Sequence record: DRR723986_4862
Length of the DNA: 64,000 nucleotides
Direction: 5' to 3' (one strand)
A model generated the notes under the pieces. That model was given only the letters and a program-made list of their open reading frames with translations, had not been told where the DNA came from and ran no database searches. Position numbers and translations under genes: made by a program. Below, piece after piece: positions 19,428 to 30,323 of the stretch. Numbering within the stretch: the stretch's first letter is position 1; each line of letters starts with the position of its first letter.

Positions 19428-19511
19428 CTAGCACGTAACGCTGGACGATATGGCGGAGCGTTTCACGGTCAGCTCTGCAGGTAATCTTTTTCGAAAAAAA
19501 TGGGAGAGAGT

Positions 19512-19910
19512 ATGAAATTTAATAAATCACGAAAGTTAGCCGCGATCTTTATGAGTGTATTGCTCTCGTGGATGGGCCTGGCCGCGACGACGGCCTCTGC
19601 GGCCATGGTCGATACGTCGGTGACGATCAGTGAGTACAGCCTTGCAGAGGACAAGGCGGCGTTGAAGTCGGCGCTCGACCGCGACGATGTTCGCGAGCGC
19701 TTGCTTGACCTCGGTATCTCTATCGACGATGTCGATACCCGCATCGATGCGCTGACGGCAGATGAGCTGGCCAGCCTAAAAGCGAACATGGACGATATGC
19801 CCGCCGGTGCTGGTGCGGTGGGTTTACTCGCCTTTGTTGTGCTGGTGTTTTTCATTACCGATGTACTCGGGATTACCGACATCTTTCCCTTTGTGAACGC
19901 GGCCAACTAA
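19512..19910 (+). CDS. PA2779-family protein
   Basis: Signal peptide (ASA/AMV); RIDALTADEL; PAG followed by a hydrophobic tail ending ITDVLGITDIFPF. Confidence 0.85.
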   Translation: MKFNKSRKLAAIFMSVLLSWMGLAATTASAAMVDTSVTISEYSLAEDKAALKSALDRDDVRERLLDLGISIDDVDTRIDALTADELASLKANMDDMPAGAGAVGLLAFVVLVFFITDVLGITDIFPFVNAAN

Positions 19911-19916
19911 AGACCG

Positions 19917-20873
19917 TTGCGTTCTTTACTTGTTATATGGGCGCTGCTGCTGGTTGCCTGCAGCAGTGTCCCCGCACTTCCCCCTGCCACCCTGAATGAC
20001 TTGGCAGATAGTCGTAAGCTCGATGTTCCCTTCGTTGCTCAGCAGGCCTACTACTGCGGTCCCGCGGCGTTAAGCTCTGTGGCGAATTATCGCGATATTC
20101 ACATTGATCAGCAGTCTGTCGCTGACATGAGTTTTGTGCCCGAGCGCAAGGGTAGTTTAACGGTTGATATGCAAGCCGCGGGAAGACGCATCGGCTTGTT
20201 GCCCTATCCTCTCGCACCAAAATTCGAAGACTTATTAAGAGAGCTCAATGCGGGTAACCCGGTTTTGGTGCTACAAAACCTCGGTTTGAGCTGGTGGCCG
20301 CAGTGGCATTATGCGCTGGCAGTGGGTTATGACCTCAGGTCCAGTACCCTGCTCCTGCACTCCGGGGAAGAGGCGTACTATCGGCTGGGTTTCGCAACGT
20401 TTGCTGCAACATGGGCGCGGGCAAAACACTGGGCGAGAGTGCTGGTTCCGGCATCGGTGATGCCGGTCACGGCAATGCCTGTTTCCTATTTGAAGAGTGC
20501 CCACGCCTTTCAGGAAACCGGTGATACTAAGCGTGCGATGGACTTTTATCAGCGCGCGGTAAATGAATGGCCAGGCAGCGTGTTGGCATGGCTGGCCCTG
20601 GCCAATGCCGCCTATACTCAGGGTGATTTCGCTGGTGCGATAAATAGCTATGAGCATGCACTTACGATTGCGCCAGAACGCGCGTCAGTCTGGAATAACT
20701 ATGCCTACGCCCTGCATGCGCAGGGTTGCTCGCAGCTCGCCCTTGATGCCTTGGAACGTGCATTGGCCTTAGCGCCGCAGGACGAAAATATTGCGGATAG
20801 TCGCAATGATTTACTGCAGCGGCCAGGGGGCAGCGCCCTGCGCGGGAGCTGCCCGGAGCGGCTCCCGCAATAG
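19917..20873 (+). CDS. PA2778-family C39-like cysteine peptidase lipoprotein with TPRs
   Basis: Lipobox LVAC; VPFVAQQAYYCGPA; WHYALAVGYD; C-terminal TPRs. Confidence 0.88.
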   Translation: MRSLLVIWALLLVACSSVPALPPATLNDLADSRKLDVPFVAQQAYYCGPAALSSVANYRDIHIDQQSVADMSFVPERKGSLTVDMQAAGRRIGLLPYPLAPKFEDLLRELNAGNPVLVLQNLGLSWWPQWHYALAVGYDLRSSTLLLHSGEEAYYRLGFATFAATWARAKHWARVLVPASVMPVTAMPVSYLKSAHAFQETGDTKRAMDFYQRAVNEWPGSVLAWLALANAAYTQGDFAGAINSYEHALTIAPERASVWNNYAYALHAQGCSQLALDALERALALAPQDENIADSRNDLLQRPGGSALRGSCPERLPQ

Positions 20874-20876
20874 CCG

Positions 20877-23195
20877 CTACAAGCGTTTGCCCTTGCCCTG
20901 TTTCGCTTGAGCAAAGAGCGCTGCCATCGTGCCGCCGGGGGCGTTTTGCTGTTTTTTCTGCTGCTGTTTGACGTCGCGATTACTGCGTTCAGGTCGGCGG
21001 CCGCCCCTGCCCTCGGCTTGGTGGTCGCTGGCCTGATCGCTCAGGCGCATGGACAGGGCAATACGCTTACGCGCGGCGTCAACATCCATGACCTTCACTT
21101 TCACGATATCGCCGGCCTTCACAACGCTGTGAGGGTCTTTTACAAAACTCTCGGAAAGCGCAGAAATATGGACCAAGCCATCTTGATGAACGCCAATATC
21201 CACAAAGGCGCCAAAGTTGGTCACATTGGTTACTACGCCTTCCAGCACCATATCGGCTTCAAGATCAGAGATCTTTTCAATGCCATCTTTGAATTCGGCG
21301 GTTTTGAATTCCGGCCGCGGGTCGCGGCCCGGTTTATCCAGCTCGTTAATAATATCGCTGACGGTGGGGATACCGAAGCTGTCGTCGGCGTAGTCGGCGG
21401 CGTTGAGGCTTTTCAGGAAGCGACTATCACCGATCAGGTTACTGACCTCTCGGCCGCAGCGCTGCACAATTTTTTCCACTACGGAGTAAGACTCTGGGTG
21501 AACCGCAGAGCTGTCCAGCGGGTTTTCACCGCCCATTACGCGTAAAAAGCCGGCGGCTTGCTCAAAGGTTTTGGCCCCAAAGCGAGAGACTTCCATCAGC
21601 TGCGCGCGGTTGCGGAAGGCGCCATGCTGGTTGCGGTAGTCGACAATATTCGCCGATATCGATTGATTGAGACCCGACACCCGCGACAACAGCGCAGGTG
21701 ATGCGGTGTTCACGTCCACGCCGACGGCGTTAACACAGTCCTCAACGACGGCTTCCAGGCTGCGAGACAGCGCCGTTTGCGAGACATCGTGCTGATACTG
21801 GCCAACACCAATGGACTTGGGATCTATCTTCACCAGTTCGGCCAGCGGATCCTGCAATCGTCGGGCGATAGAAATGGCCCCGCGGATGGTTACGTCCAGG
21901 TCGGGGAATTCCCGCGCCGCGTACTCCGATGCGGAATAGATCGACGCCCCTGACTCGTTGACCATGATACTGGTACAGCCCAGTTCGGGGTGGGCGGAAA
22001 GCAGGTCTTTGACAAAGCGCTCGGTCTCGCGACTGGCGGTGCCGTTACCGATGGCGATCAATTCTATATTGTGAGTTTTAATCATCGCGAGCAGGCTGGC
22101 AGCGGCCTCCGCCTGTCGATTTTGCGGTGGATTCGGGAAAATAGCGCCGTGATCCAATACCTTGCCGGTGGCGTCAACCGCTGCGACTTTAACACCGGTG
22201 CGCAGGCCGGGGTCGAGCCCGATGGTCGCACGGGGCCCCGCTGGGGCGGCGAGTAGAAGGTCTTTTAAGTTTCTGGCGAATACCTCGATAGCGCCGGCGT
22301 CGGCTTGCTCTCGAAGCCGGCCGAGCAGATCGGTTTCAAGGTGGGTGTAGAGTTTGATTCGCCAGGTCCAACGCAGTACTTCCCGTAGCCAACTGTCGGC
22401 GGGGCGACCTTGATCCTGTAGGGATAGGTGTTCTGCCAGCATCAGTTCACAGGGGTGAATTTTGGCATCTGGCTCACCCGCGACCAAGCTCAGCGCCAGA
22501 ATGCCCTCATTGCGGCCGCGGAACATGGCCAAAGCGCGATGAGAAGGGGCACTTTTTAGCGGCTCGCTGTGCGCGAAATAGTCGCGAAATTTCGCGCCCT
22601 CTTCTTCTTTGCCAGCCATTACCGTGCTACTCAGCTGCGCGTTTTCCCAAAGGTAGCTACGCAGCTTGGCGATCAAGTTGGCGTCTTCGCTGAAGCGCTC
22701 CATAAGAATATATTTGGCACCGTCTAGCACGGCTTTGCTGTCGGCAAGGCCCTGCTCGGCGTCGATGTAAGCGACTGCCTCAGTGTTCGGGTCGAGGTTT
22801 GGGTTGTCGAACAGGGCATTGGCCAGCGGTTCCAGGCCAGCCTCTATGGCAATTTGGCCCTTGGTGCGGCGTTTGGGTTTGTAGGGGAGATAGAGGTCTT
22901 CGAGTCGATTCTTGCTATCTGCCGCCAGAATGTCTGCCTCAAGTTCGGCGCTGAGTTTGCCCTGCTCGCGTATGCTGTTAAGAATACTGTCGCGGCGTTC
23001 TTCCATTTCGCGAAGGTAGCCTAAGCGGCTCTCCAGCTCGCGCATTTGGCTATCGTCGAGCCCGCCGGTGACTTCTTTTCGGTAACGAGAAATAAAGGGG
23101 ACCGTGGCGCCGTCATCAAGCAGGTTAACAGCGGCGCTAACCTGTGATTCTTTTACGCCCAATTCCTGGGCAATACGACTCGAAATTGCTTGCAT
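20877..23195 (-). CDS. tex: Tex-like RNA-binding transcription accessory protein
   Basis: [32 protein letters not shown]1 domain. Confidence 0.95.
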   Translation of the reverse strand: MQAISSRIAQELGVKESQVSAAVNLLDDGATVPFISRYRKEVTGGLDDSQMRELESRLGYLREMEERRDSILNSIREQGKLSAELEADILAADSKNRLEDLYLPYKPKRRTKGQIAIEAGLEPLANALFDNPNLDPNTEAVAYIDAEQGLADSKAVLDGAKYILMERFSEDANLIAKLRSYLWENAQLSSTVMAGKEEEGAKFRDYFAHSEPLKSAPSHRALAMFRGRNEGILALSLVAGEPDAKIHPCELMLAEHLSLQDQGRPADSWLREVLRWTWRIKLYTHLETDLLGRLREQADAGAIEVFARNLKDLLLAAPAGPRATIGLDPGLRTGVKVAAVDATGKVLDHGAIFPNPPQNRQAEAAASLLAMIKTHNIELIAIGNGTASRETERFVKDLLSAHPELGCTSIMVNESGASIYSASEYAAREFPDLDVTIRGAISIARRLQDPLAELVKIDPKSIGVGQYQHDVSQTALSRSLEAVVEDCVNAVGVDVNTASPALLSRVSGLNQSISANIVDYRNQHGAFRNRAQLMEVSRFGAKTFEQAAGFLRVMGGENPLDSSAVHPESYSVVEKIVQRCGREVSNLIGDSRFLKSLNAADYADDSFGIPTVSDIINELDKPGRDPRPEFKTAEFKDGIEKISDLEADMVLEGVVTNVTNFGAFVDIGVHQDGLVHISALSESFVKDPHSVVKAGDIVKVKVMDVDAARKRIALSMRLSDQASDHQAEGRGGRRPERSNRDVKQQQKKQQNAPGGTMAALFAQAKQGKGKRL

Positions 23196-23261
23196 AATGT
23201 GTGGCCTGATACCGCGTAAAAACGCCACATTATGCAGAAACTTCGCGCTCGCGGCGAGGTT

Positions 23262-23900
23262 TTAGGCGTCTTTGGTTAATACGTCGAAAAGGGTGCAGCA
23301 CTCGTCGTAGAAGTAGCGGAAGTCCGCCGTGAGATAGGGGGCAACCAGCGACATAAGATGAAAGACGCCTCGGTGGATGGTGATCTCGTCGGCGCAATTT
23401 TTCTCTCTCAGGCTGTTGTAGTTTAGCCAGAATGTGAGATTGAGTACGACGTTGTCGCAGAGGCGCGAAAGTGGTGTGCCGGTGGTGTCCAGAATTCCCG
23501 CGGCGACCAGCTCTTCGGCAACGGCTTCGGCAGCTTGTAATTTTAGATTGAGTAGTTTGCGGAAGCGACGGTCGATATCGGGGTAGCGCTGTAAAATATC
23601 GTTGAGGTTGCGGTATAAATAACGGTGCTTAAACAGTTGCTCGAAAACAATATACAGATAAAACCAAGCGTCTTGGGGACTTAGGCTTTTTTGCAGCGGG
23701 GCTTGCAGAATATCGCTGAGCTCTAGCTCAAAGGCAGAGAACAGCTCTTCGATAATTTCTTCTTTGCCGTGGAAGTGGTAGTAGAGATTGCCGGGGCTGA
23801 TGTCCAGCTCATTGGCGATATCGACGGTGGTGACGTTGGCTTCGCCCTCGTCATTGAACAGGGCCAAGCTTGCCAGCAGGATTTTTTCGCGGGTTTTCAT
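23262..23900 (-). CDS. TetR-family regulator, PhaD-like
   Basis: MKTREKIL..LFNDEGEANVTTVDIANELDISPGNLYYHF; next to phasin genes. Confidence 0.85.
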   Translation of the reverse strand: MKTREKILLASLALFNDEGEANVTTVDIANELDISPGNLYYHFHGKEEIIEELFSAFELELSDILQAPLQKSLSPQDAWFYLYIVFEQLFKHRYLYRNLNDILQRYPDIDRRFRKLLNLKLQAAEAVAEELVAAGILDTTGTPLSRLCDNVVLNLTFWLNYNSLREKNCADEITIHRGVFHLMSLVAPYLTADFRYFYDECCTLFDVLTKDA

Positions 23901-23973
23901 CCCTGAGTTAACCACCCATATTCATCGACAGGGCGTTAAAGTGACACGCCTGTGGGCGCTTGTCCAGAGAGGA

Positions 23974-23999
23974 CGCGACCCGCTAAAAAGCGGGTCGCG
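23974..23999. terminator. hairpin downstream of the PhaF-like gene
   Basis: CGCGACCCGCT-AAAA-AGCGGGTCGCG, 11-bp perfect stem; no U-tract. Confidence 0.55.
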
Positions 24000-24005
24000 A
24001 AGGGC

Positions 24006-24488
24006 TTACTCGGCAGCTTTCTTTGCAGCGGCCTTTTTCGCGGGCGCTTTTTTGGCTGCAGTTTTCTTCGCGGCAGCTTTCTTAGCGGGGGCCGCCTTTG
24101 CTGGCGCTTTGCTGGCCTTGCTCAGTGCATCGACTTTCTTGCTCAGTGCATCCAGTTTTTTCTCGAGACGCTCGAGGTCGTCGGCGCTGGCAGTGTGACC
24201 AAAGCCCAGGCTTGCGCGCATTTTGCTGATGCGCTCTTCAATGGAAATAGTCTTGCCAATATTGCTGGCTTCGCCCAGTTTTTCGCGAGCTTGCACTTCC
24301 AGTTTGTTGCCCTTGTCGACCAACTCTTTGAACAGGCGTGGGCTGTCTTTGCTTGCTTTTTCGTAGACTTCTTGTGCTTCGTCGTAGGCGCGGCCGTATG
24401 CACCAAGGCCAGCCAGCCAAATGCTTTTTGCCAGTTCACCGGCTTGAGAAGAAACGTCTTTCAGGCTTTTCTTGCTGTCGTTGCTCAT
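24006..24488 (-). CDS. phasin, PhaF-like, with histone H1-like AAKK tail
   Basis: IWLAGLGAY, LFKELVDKG, coiled coil, KKAAAKK repeats. Confidence 0.88.
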   Translation of the reverse strand: MSNDSKKSLKDVSSQAGELAKSIWLAGLGAYGRAYDEAQEVYEKASKDSPRLFKELVDKGNKLEVQAREKLGEASNIGKTISIEERISKMRASLGFGHTASADDLERLEKKLDALSKKVDALSKASKAPAKAAPAKKAAAKKTAAKKAPAKKAAAKKAAE

Positions 24489-24647
24489 AAGATTCTCCAA
24501 TGTGCGAAACGTTTTTGCGCAGCAGTGAGAGTGGAGCTCCGCACTGATGCAAAAAAGCACGATGACCAAGTTGGCGCATCGTGCAAAGCATAGTTAGGGT
24601 AAGGACCTAGGGGGGTAGGCGGTCAAAGTGACCGCCAAAATGCTCAA

Positions 24648-25094
24648 TTACGATGCAGCAGCTTCTGTTGCTACAGCATCTTCACTCTTGCGAGAAACCA
24701 AGCCTTTTACCTTTTCGAGGTTGCTTTCCAGGCTTTCACGCAGCTCTTTAATGCGCACGTCTACCGCTTCGCTTTTTACTGACTCAAGCTTGGCAGTCGC
24801 TTCGGTTTTTGTTTCGTTGATCTTGGCAACAACTTGCTCTTTGCTTTCTTCAAACTTGGCAATGGCGCTGCTTTGTACTTGCTCGCCACGGCTTACCAGG
24901 CCTTCAAAAATTTCGTTGCGCTTTGCGTACAGATCTTTGTACTTAGCTTCAGTTGCCTTGATTTTTTCTTCGGTCAATTTAGCCAGCTCTTGGCTTTGCT
25001 CAAACGCTTTACCAGCCAAGCCCAGTTGAGCCAAAAATACATCTTTGGCAACAGTGTTTGCTTTCTCAACGAAGTTAGTTTTTGCGTCGCTCAT
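24648..25094 (-). CDS. phasin-like granule-associated protein (PhaI-like)
   Basis: VFLAQLGLAG and IFEGLVSRGE resemble phasin motifs; GAGG RBS. Confidence 0.7.
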   Translation of the reverse strand: MSDAKTNFVEKANTVAKDVFLAQLGLAGKAFEQSQELAKLTEEKIKATEAKYKDLYAKRNEIFEGLVSRGEQVQSSAIAKFEESKEQVVAKINETKTEATAKLESVKSEAVDVRIKELRESLESNLEKVKGLVSRKSEDAVATEAAAS

Positions 25095-25366
25095 AGTACG
25101 TTCCTCTCTTGGGGGGTGCCCCGTAATGTGTGTTATCAGCGACGGCGCAAACTGCTGGCCGCCGGTCTCGCTGTATGGAATGAACATTACGCATAAAAAT
25201 TAGAAAGGGCATACTAAAGTGCACGTTTCCAAACATTGTGTCGCAGAGGGTCGAATTATCTCACGGCCGGCAGGAGGTGACGGAAAGGATTGCCAGTGCC
25301 GCCGAATATTGTTTAGATAATATGACAGGGTCGCTGTTACGAACCCGAATAATAAGAGAGAAAAAG

Positions 25367-26152
25367 ATGGAAACTAGCACTAATGCTGCGGCCTCACGCA
25401 GTACCGCGAAAGAGTTGCGTTCTCTTGCAGAGATTTTTTCGGCAGTCTCCATGCGCGGTTTTCACCGTCATTTATCTTCAGGCGACGGTCACCCAGTGGT
25501 GATTGCGCCGTCATTTATGACCAGCGATGTCGCAACCTCGGTAATGCGACGAGCTTTGCGTCAAGCTGGGTTCGATGCCTATGGTTGGGAGCAGGGGCTG
25601 AATACAGGGCTGCGCGAGCAGGTTTACCTGAATTTCGAGCGCCATGTAAAGGATTTGGCGAGCCGCTATGGGCGTAAAGTCAGTCTGGTGGGGTGGAGCC
25701 TGGGTGGTATATATGCTCGCAGCCTTGCCCAGCGGAATCCCGACTTTATTCGCCAGGTGGTGACATTGGGCTCGCCGGTAAATATTCCGGAAATGCGCGG
25801 TGTATCCGGCCCTGTGTTGAAGTTATACGAAATGCTTAACCCCGGGGCGATGGATGACCCCATGCTGAATTGGCGGGAGGAGTGGTGCAGTGCGCCGCCA
25901 GTGCCTTCTACGGCGATGTATAGCGCCAGTGACGGTATTGTGGATTGGAAGTACTGCGTTCATCAGGAACCGGGCGAACAGAGCGAAAATTTACGGGTAC
26001 CAGCGAGCCATATGGGGATGACCCATAATTTGGCAGTGCTGTATGCCTTGGCCGACCGTCTCTCTCAACGAGAGGGTCAGTGGCGGCCCTTTGAATTGAC
26101 GGGCCTGCGCCGCCGGTTATTCCACGTGAGTGAGCACTTGGCCGTCGCGTAG
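25367..26152 (+). CDS. alpha/beta hydrolase (lipase/esterase type)
   Basis: GDGHPV, GWSLGG nucleophile elbow, TLGSP, SDGIV, SHMG. Confidence 0.88.
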   Translation: METSTNAAASRSTAKELRSLAEIFSAVSMRGFHRHLSSGDGHPVVIAPSFMTSDVATSVMRRALRQAGFDAYGWEQGLNTGLREQVYLNFERHVKDLASRYGRKVSLVGWSLGGIYARSLAQRNPDFIRQVVTLGSPVNIPEMRGVSGPVLKLYEMLNPGAMDDPMLNWREEWCSAPPVPSTAMYSASDGIVDWKYCVHQEPGEQSENLRVPASHMGMTHNLAVLYALADRLSQREGQWRPFELTGLRRRLFHVSEHLAVA

Positions 26153-26210
26153 TACGCTAATAGAGAAGTGTCGCAGTGACGGGCGGTTTCAGTGCGAAAC
26201 CGTCGTGCAT

Positions 26211-26241
26211 AAAAAAGGGCAGCCCTTGGGCTGCCCTTTTT
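26211..26241. terminator. bidirectional Rho-independent terminator
   Basis: AAAAAAGGGCAGCCC-TT-GGGCTGCCCTTTTT between convergent genes. Confidence 0.9.
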
Positions 26242-26261
26242 GCTATCCGGCTATTATTCGC

Positions 26262-27812
26262 TTAGCTTTTCGGGCCAGCGGCTACGATAGCGTCAGAGAC
26301 GTCAAACTTGGTGATGTTCTCTTGGAACAGTTTCGCCAATTTGCTGGCTTCCTGGTCGTAGGCAGCTTCATCGCCCCACGCCTTGCGTGGGTTGATGTAT
26401 TTGTCGTCTACGCCCGGAATTGCCTTGGGGATAGTCAGGTTCAGAATATCCAGTTGCTCGGTTTCTGCGCCGATCAACGCGCCACTTTGTGCAGCGGCAA
26501 CCACAGCGCGAGTCACTGGGATGGGGAAGCGCGAACCGGTGCCGCCAGCTGCGCCTGAGCCGCCAGTCCAGCCGGTGTTGATCAGGTAAACCTGAGAGTC
26601 GAAGTCTTCGATACGCTTCATCAACAGCTCGGCGTATTCGCCTGCGGGGCGCGGCATGAAGGGCGCACCAAAGCACGTGGAGAAAGTGGGGTGGATACCT
26701 GCTTCTGCGCCCAGCTCAGTTGAGCCAACGCGGGCGGTGTAGCCGCTCAGGAAGTGGAAAGCCGCCGCTTCTTTGGACAGGATAGAGATCGGAGGCAAAA
26801 CGCCTGACACGTCACAAGTCAGGAAGATAACGGTTTTCGGTTCGCCGGCGGCATTCTCGATAACGCGTTTTTCAACGTTTTCCAGTGGGTAACAGCAGCG
26901 GCCGTTTTCCGTCAGGCTTGTGTCGTCGTAGTCTGCGGTGCGGCTGTTTTGGTCAATTACTACGTTTTCAACGATGGCGCCGAAGCGGATGGCGTCCCAG
27001 ATGATGGGCTCGTTCTTCTGGCTCAGGTTGATGGTTTTAGCGTAGCAGCCGCCTTCAATATTGAATACTGAGCCCTTCGCCCAGCCGTGCTCGTCGTCGC
27101 CGATCAGGTAGCAGCTAGGGTCGGCAGACAGGGTGGTTTTACCCGTGCCAGACAGGCCAAAGAATAAGGTGGTGTTGCCTTGCTCATCGACGTTCGCTGA
27201 GCAGTGCATTGGCATAACGTCTTTCTCTGGCAGCAGGAAGTTTTGCACAGAGAACATGGCTTTCTTCATTTCACCGGCGTAACGCATGCCTGCCAGCAGT
27301 ACTTTGCGCTGGGCGAAGTTGATGATGACGCAGCCGTCAGAGTTAGTGCCGTCGCGCTCGGGATCGCATACAAAGCCCGCGCAGTTCAGAATTGTCCACT
27401 CTTCCTTGGCTTTTGGGTTGTACTTCTCAGGGCGTACAAACATGTTGCGACCAAACAGGCCTTGCCAAGCGGTTTGCGTGTTAACGACAACGGGAATGTA
27501 GTGATCTTCGTGGGCGCCAACGTGCAAGTTAGAAACGAAGCGATCGTGGTCGGCGAGGTAGTCTTCTACACGGCTCCACAGCGCATCAAATTTGGCGGCG
27601 TCGAAGGGGCGGTTAACGCTGCCCCAATCGATGCTGTCAGCCGTTGATGGCTCTTGAACAACAAAGCGGTCACCGGGAGAACGGCCGGTACGCTTGCCAG
27701 TGGTTACCACCAGCGCGCCTGTGTCGGCCAGTTGGCCTTCGCCGCGGGCCAGCGCTTGCTCGATTAATTGGGCGGGGGTTAAATCTTTATAAACAGTTGT
27801 TTCAGCACTCAT
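26262..27812 (-). CDS. pckA: phosphoenolpyruvate carboxykinase (ATP)
   Basis: [41 protein letters not shown]. Confidence 0.97.
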   Translation of the reverse strand: MSAETTVYKDLTPAQLIEQALARGEGQLADTGALVVTTGKRTGRSPGDRFVVQEPSTADSIDWGSVNRPFDAAKFDALWSRVEDYLADHDRFVSNLHVGAHEDHYIPVVVNTQTAWQGLFGRNMFVRPEKYNPKAKEEWTILNCAGFVCDPERDGTNSDGCVIINFAQRKVLLAGMRYAGEMKKAMFSVQNFLLPEKDVMPMHCSANVDEQGNTTLFFGLSGTGKTTLSADPSCYLIGDDEHGWAKGSVFNIEGGCYAKTINLSQKNEPIIWDAIRFGAIVENVVIDQNSRTADYDDTSLTENGRCCYPLENVEKRVIENAAGEPKTVIFLTCDVSGVLPPISILSKEAAAFHFLSGYTARVGSTELGAEAGIHPTFSTCFGAPFMPRPAGEYAELLMKRIEDFDSQVYLINTGWTGGSGAAGGTGSRFPIPVTRAVVAAAQSGALIGAETEQLDILNLTIPKAIPGVDDKYINPRKAWGDEAAYDQEASKLAKLFQENITKFDVSDAIVAAGPKS

Positions 27813-27982
27813 TCTCGGTATTCCTGTCACGTCGTCCCTGGGGACATTAGGAGGTCACAGTTGATCGGGGTAAACCCCCCGCGCGGGTGGCCAGATTTTG
27901 AAGGCGGCTATTATTGCAAAAATCGCCAAGCGGCGCTAACCCTGATCGCCGCCGATCTGCGGCGATTTTGGTTTTTTTTCAC

Positions 27983-28834
27983 TCAATGTCGAGTGTTGGG
28001 CGCTGGGTCACCAAAGAGATTGGCAATATCCCCGGCGTCAAAGTGGAATTGGCGGTGGCAGAACTCGCAGTGGCTATCTATTTTTCCCTGCTCGCTGAGA
28101 ATGCTCTCCAGCTCTTCTCGACCCAGAGAAACCAGTGCAGATTCCATGCGTTGCTGGCTGCAGCTACAGACGAATTTTAGCGACTTGGGCTCGAATACCC
28201 GCACCGTTTCTTGGTGGTACAGGCGGTACAGCAAGCGGTCTGCGCTGAGTGTCAGCAGCTCTTCTTGTTGAACGGTATCGGCCAGGGTGGTGAGGTGCTG
28301 CCAAACGGCGGCATCACTTTGTTGCTCCGGCAGCTCTTGTAGCAGGATGCCCGCGGCGGTTTCGCCATCGGCGGATAGCCACAAGCGGGTGGCCAATTGC
28401 TCGCTCTGGCGGAAGTAGGCCTCTATACACGCGCCGAGATTCGCGCCATCTAAGCTGACAATTCCTTGATAACGTTGCCCTTTTTCAGGGTCGATAGTGA
28501 TGGCTAGCTGGCCGTTGCCCAGCAGGCTATGAAAGTCCTCGCCGATCGCCTGGCCGGCGTCGCGAGCAATGCCGCGAATATCGCCGTTGGAATTTGCCTC
28601 GGCCATAATGAGTGGGACTTGACCGTCCCCGCGAACCTGCAGAATCAGGCTGCCGCGAAATTTAATGGTCACACTCAGCAGGGCTGCGGCAACCAAGAAT
28701 TCCCCCAGCAAAGCCGCGACGGCTGGCGGGTAGTGGTGGTTTTCCAGCATCTCGCGATAGCTTTGCTGGATCTGGATATGCACGCCTCGCACATCACTGC
28801 CGTCGAAAATGAAGCGGTGAATTTGATCACTCAT
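27983..28834 (-). CDS. hslO: Hsp33 redox-regulated chaperone
   Basis: YQGIV, YFRQSEQL, CSCS...CEFC Zn motif; start at MSDQIHRF. Confidence 0.95.
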   Translation of the reverse strand: MSDQIHRFIFDGSDVRGVHIQIQQSYREMLENHHYPPAVAALLGEFLVAAALLSVTIKFRGSLILQVRGDGQVPLIMAEANSNGDIRGIARDAGQAIGEDFHSLLGNGQLAITIDPEKGQRYQGIVSLDGANLGACIEAYFRQSEQLATRLWLSADGETAAGILLQELPEQQSDAAVWQHLTTLADTVQQEELLTLSADRLLYRLYHQETVRVFEPKSLKFVCSCSQQRMESALVSLGREELESILSEQGKIDSHCEFCHRQFHFDAGDIANLFGDPAPNTRH

Positions 28835-28844
28835 AAGGGGCTGT

Positions 28845-29243
28845 TTAGTCCTGTTGTTCGCGGAATCGGTGAATTTGGCGGCGCTGTTTCTTATTGGGGC
28901 GCTCGCTGCGCAGCACCCCCGCTGCAGCCCCCAGCGCTTTCCGGTCAGCCGCATTCTGCTGGCGCGCGGCGATACTGGCGTCGGTTTCGCGGTAGAGTAA
29001 GGCGGCTTCGGGCGCGCCACGCCGCTGGTCGGAGATAGCGATAATCTCGACTTCGCGCTCGTCCCAGCCGGTGCGCAGCGTTAGCATGCCGCCCACTTCT
29101 ACTTCCTTGCTTACCTTGCAGCGGGCGCCATTATAATGCACTTTGCCGCCCTCTATGGCCTGTTTTGCGATGCTGCGGGTTTTGTAGAAACGGGCGGCCC
29201 ACAGCCACTTATCCAGGCGAAGGCGTTGTATGTCTTTGCTCAA
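28845..29243 (-). CDS. hslR: ribosome-associated heat shock protein Hsp15
   Basis: RLDKWLWAARFYKTRS, RRGAPEA, RPNKKQRR. Confidence 0.95.
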   Translation of the reverse strand: MSKDIQRLRLDKWLWAARFYKTRSIAKQAIEGGKVHYNGARCKVSKEVEVGGMLTLRTGWDEREVEIIAISDQRRGAPEAALLYRETDASIAARQQNAADRKALGAAAGVLRSERPNKKQRRQIHRFREQQD

Positions 29244-29911
29244 TCTCGGTCTCGCGGTGGTATTGGCAGAATTTCGTCAAAATGCTCGATAGCGGGGTAG
29301 CTTAACCCCTGGCGCAGGGGCGCGCGACTGTCGGGACGCTTCATGGTAATTAAGTGGCGTATACCGTGGCGAGCGGCAGAGTCTAACACGGTGGCGGTAT
29401 CGTCAATCAGCAGGCTGCGAGCGGGCTCGTAATGCCAGTGTTGGGCGAGCTTTTGCCAGAAGGTGTCGTCCTCCTTGGGCAGGGCGAGTTCGTGAGAGGT
29501 AATGATGCGCTGAACCCACTGACCAAGGCCGGTTTTTTCCAGCTTGATATCGAGGCCGCCCTGATGGGCATTGGTGACCAGCCAAACATCCCGGCCGCTG
29601 CGTTGCAGGGCATTCAAAAATCGTTCTGTGCTGGGGTGCATGCGAATCAGGTGGCTAATTTCGCGTTTGAGCGCGGTGATGTCGAGTTGAAGCTCTTCAG
29701 ACCAGTAGTCGAGGCAGTACCAGTTCAGTGAGCCGCGCTCAGCCATGATGCGGGCGATCAGTTCTTCACTAACGGTTTGGAGGTCGCCGCCATGAATCTC
29801 GGTGTACCGGCGGGGGAGGTGCTGTGTCCAGAAAAAATTGTCGTAGTGCAGGTCGAGTAGTGTGCCGTCCATGTCTAACAGAACGGTGTCGACGTCTTGC
29901 CAGTTAATCAT
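29240..29911 (-). CDS. yrfG: GMP/IMP nucleotidase (HAD family)
   Basis: LLDMDGTLLDLHYDN, LNWYCLDYWS; yrfG-hslR-hslO synteny. Confidence 0.92.
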   Translation of the reverse strand: MINWQDVDTVLLDMDGTLLDLHYDNFFWTQHLPRRYTEIHGGDLQTVSEELIARIMAERGSLNWYCLDYWSEELQLDITALKREISHLIRMHPSTERFLNALQRSGRDVWLVTNAHQGGLDIKLEKTGLGQWVQRIITSHELALPKEDDTFWQKLAQHWHYEPARSLLIDDTATVLDSAARHGIRHLITMKRPDSRAPLRQGLSYPAIEHFDEILPIPPRDRD

Positions 29912-29940
29912 AGTGCCGCGCCCTAATTGCGCGGCGAAAA

Positions 29941-30120
29941 CTAGCGCGCCGCGTTGACTCGCATTGCCTGGTGGCTAATGGCATCTTTCATATCAATGGT
30001 TTCAGCGTAGTTCACATTGAGCCACCACTCATCGCGGTTGCTACGGAATTGATCGATAGGGCGGCCGCGATGCTTATTTTCGCTGAAGATAGAGTTTGTG
30101 CTGTTCGCTGCTGTTGCCAT
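29941..30120 (-). CDS. small hypothetical protein (59 aa), EWWL-motif paralog 1
   Basis: GAGGA RBS; MATAANSTNSIF...NRDEWWLNVNYAETID; paralogous to the neighbour. Confidence 0.8.
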   Translation of the reverse strand: MATAANSTNSIFSENKHRGRPIDQFRSNRDEWWLNVNYAETIDMKDAISHQAMRVNAAR

Positions 30121-30169
30121 CACTGTGTCCTCTGCTGTGCGCTTAATTAGTTGCGCTGTTCGAGTGTTA

Positions 30170-30214
30170 ACCATAGTGATAGCGGCTCGGCAGCAGTATA
30201 GGGAAAAGCCCGTA
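30170..30214 (-). promoter_or_regulatory. putative activator box plus -10 element of paralog 1
   Basis: Minus strand: TACGGGCTTTTCCCTATAC-N19-CTATGGT. Confidence 0.6.
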
Positions 30215-30323
30215 ATCAGTGAAGTGCTGCAGAAAAATGTGCGCTGTGCACGGTGTTAGCACACGTTGCCTTGGTTGATGTGTCACCGCATATCGGTGTT
30301 GATAATCACGTGAATTGCTGAGC

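Noticed and set aside
24006-24120. Short repeated GCAGC/TTT units resembling a repeat array
   Set aside because: They encode the AAKK tail of the PhaF-like protein; not CRISPR or a DNA repeat element
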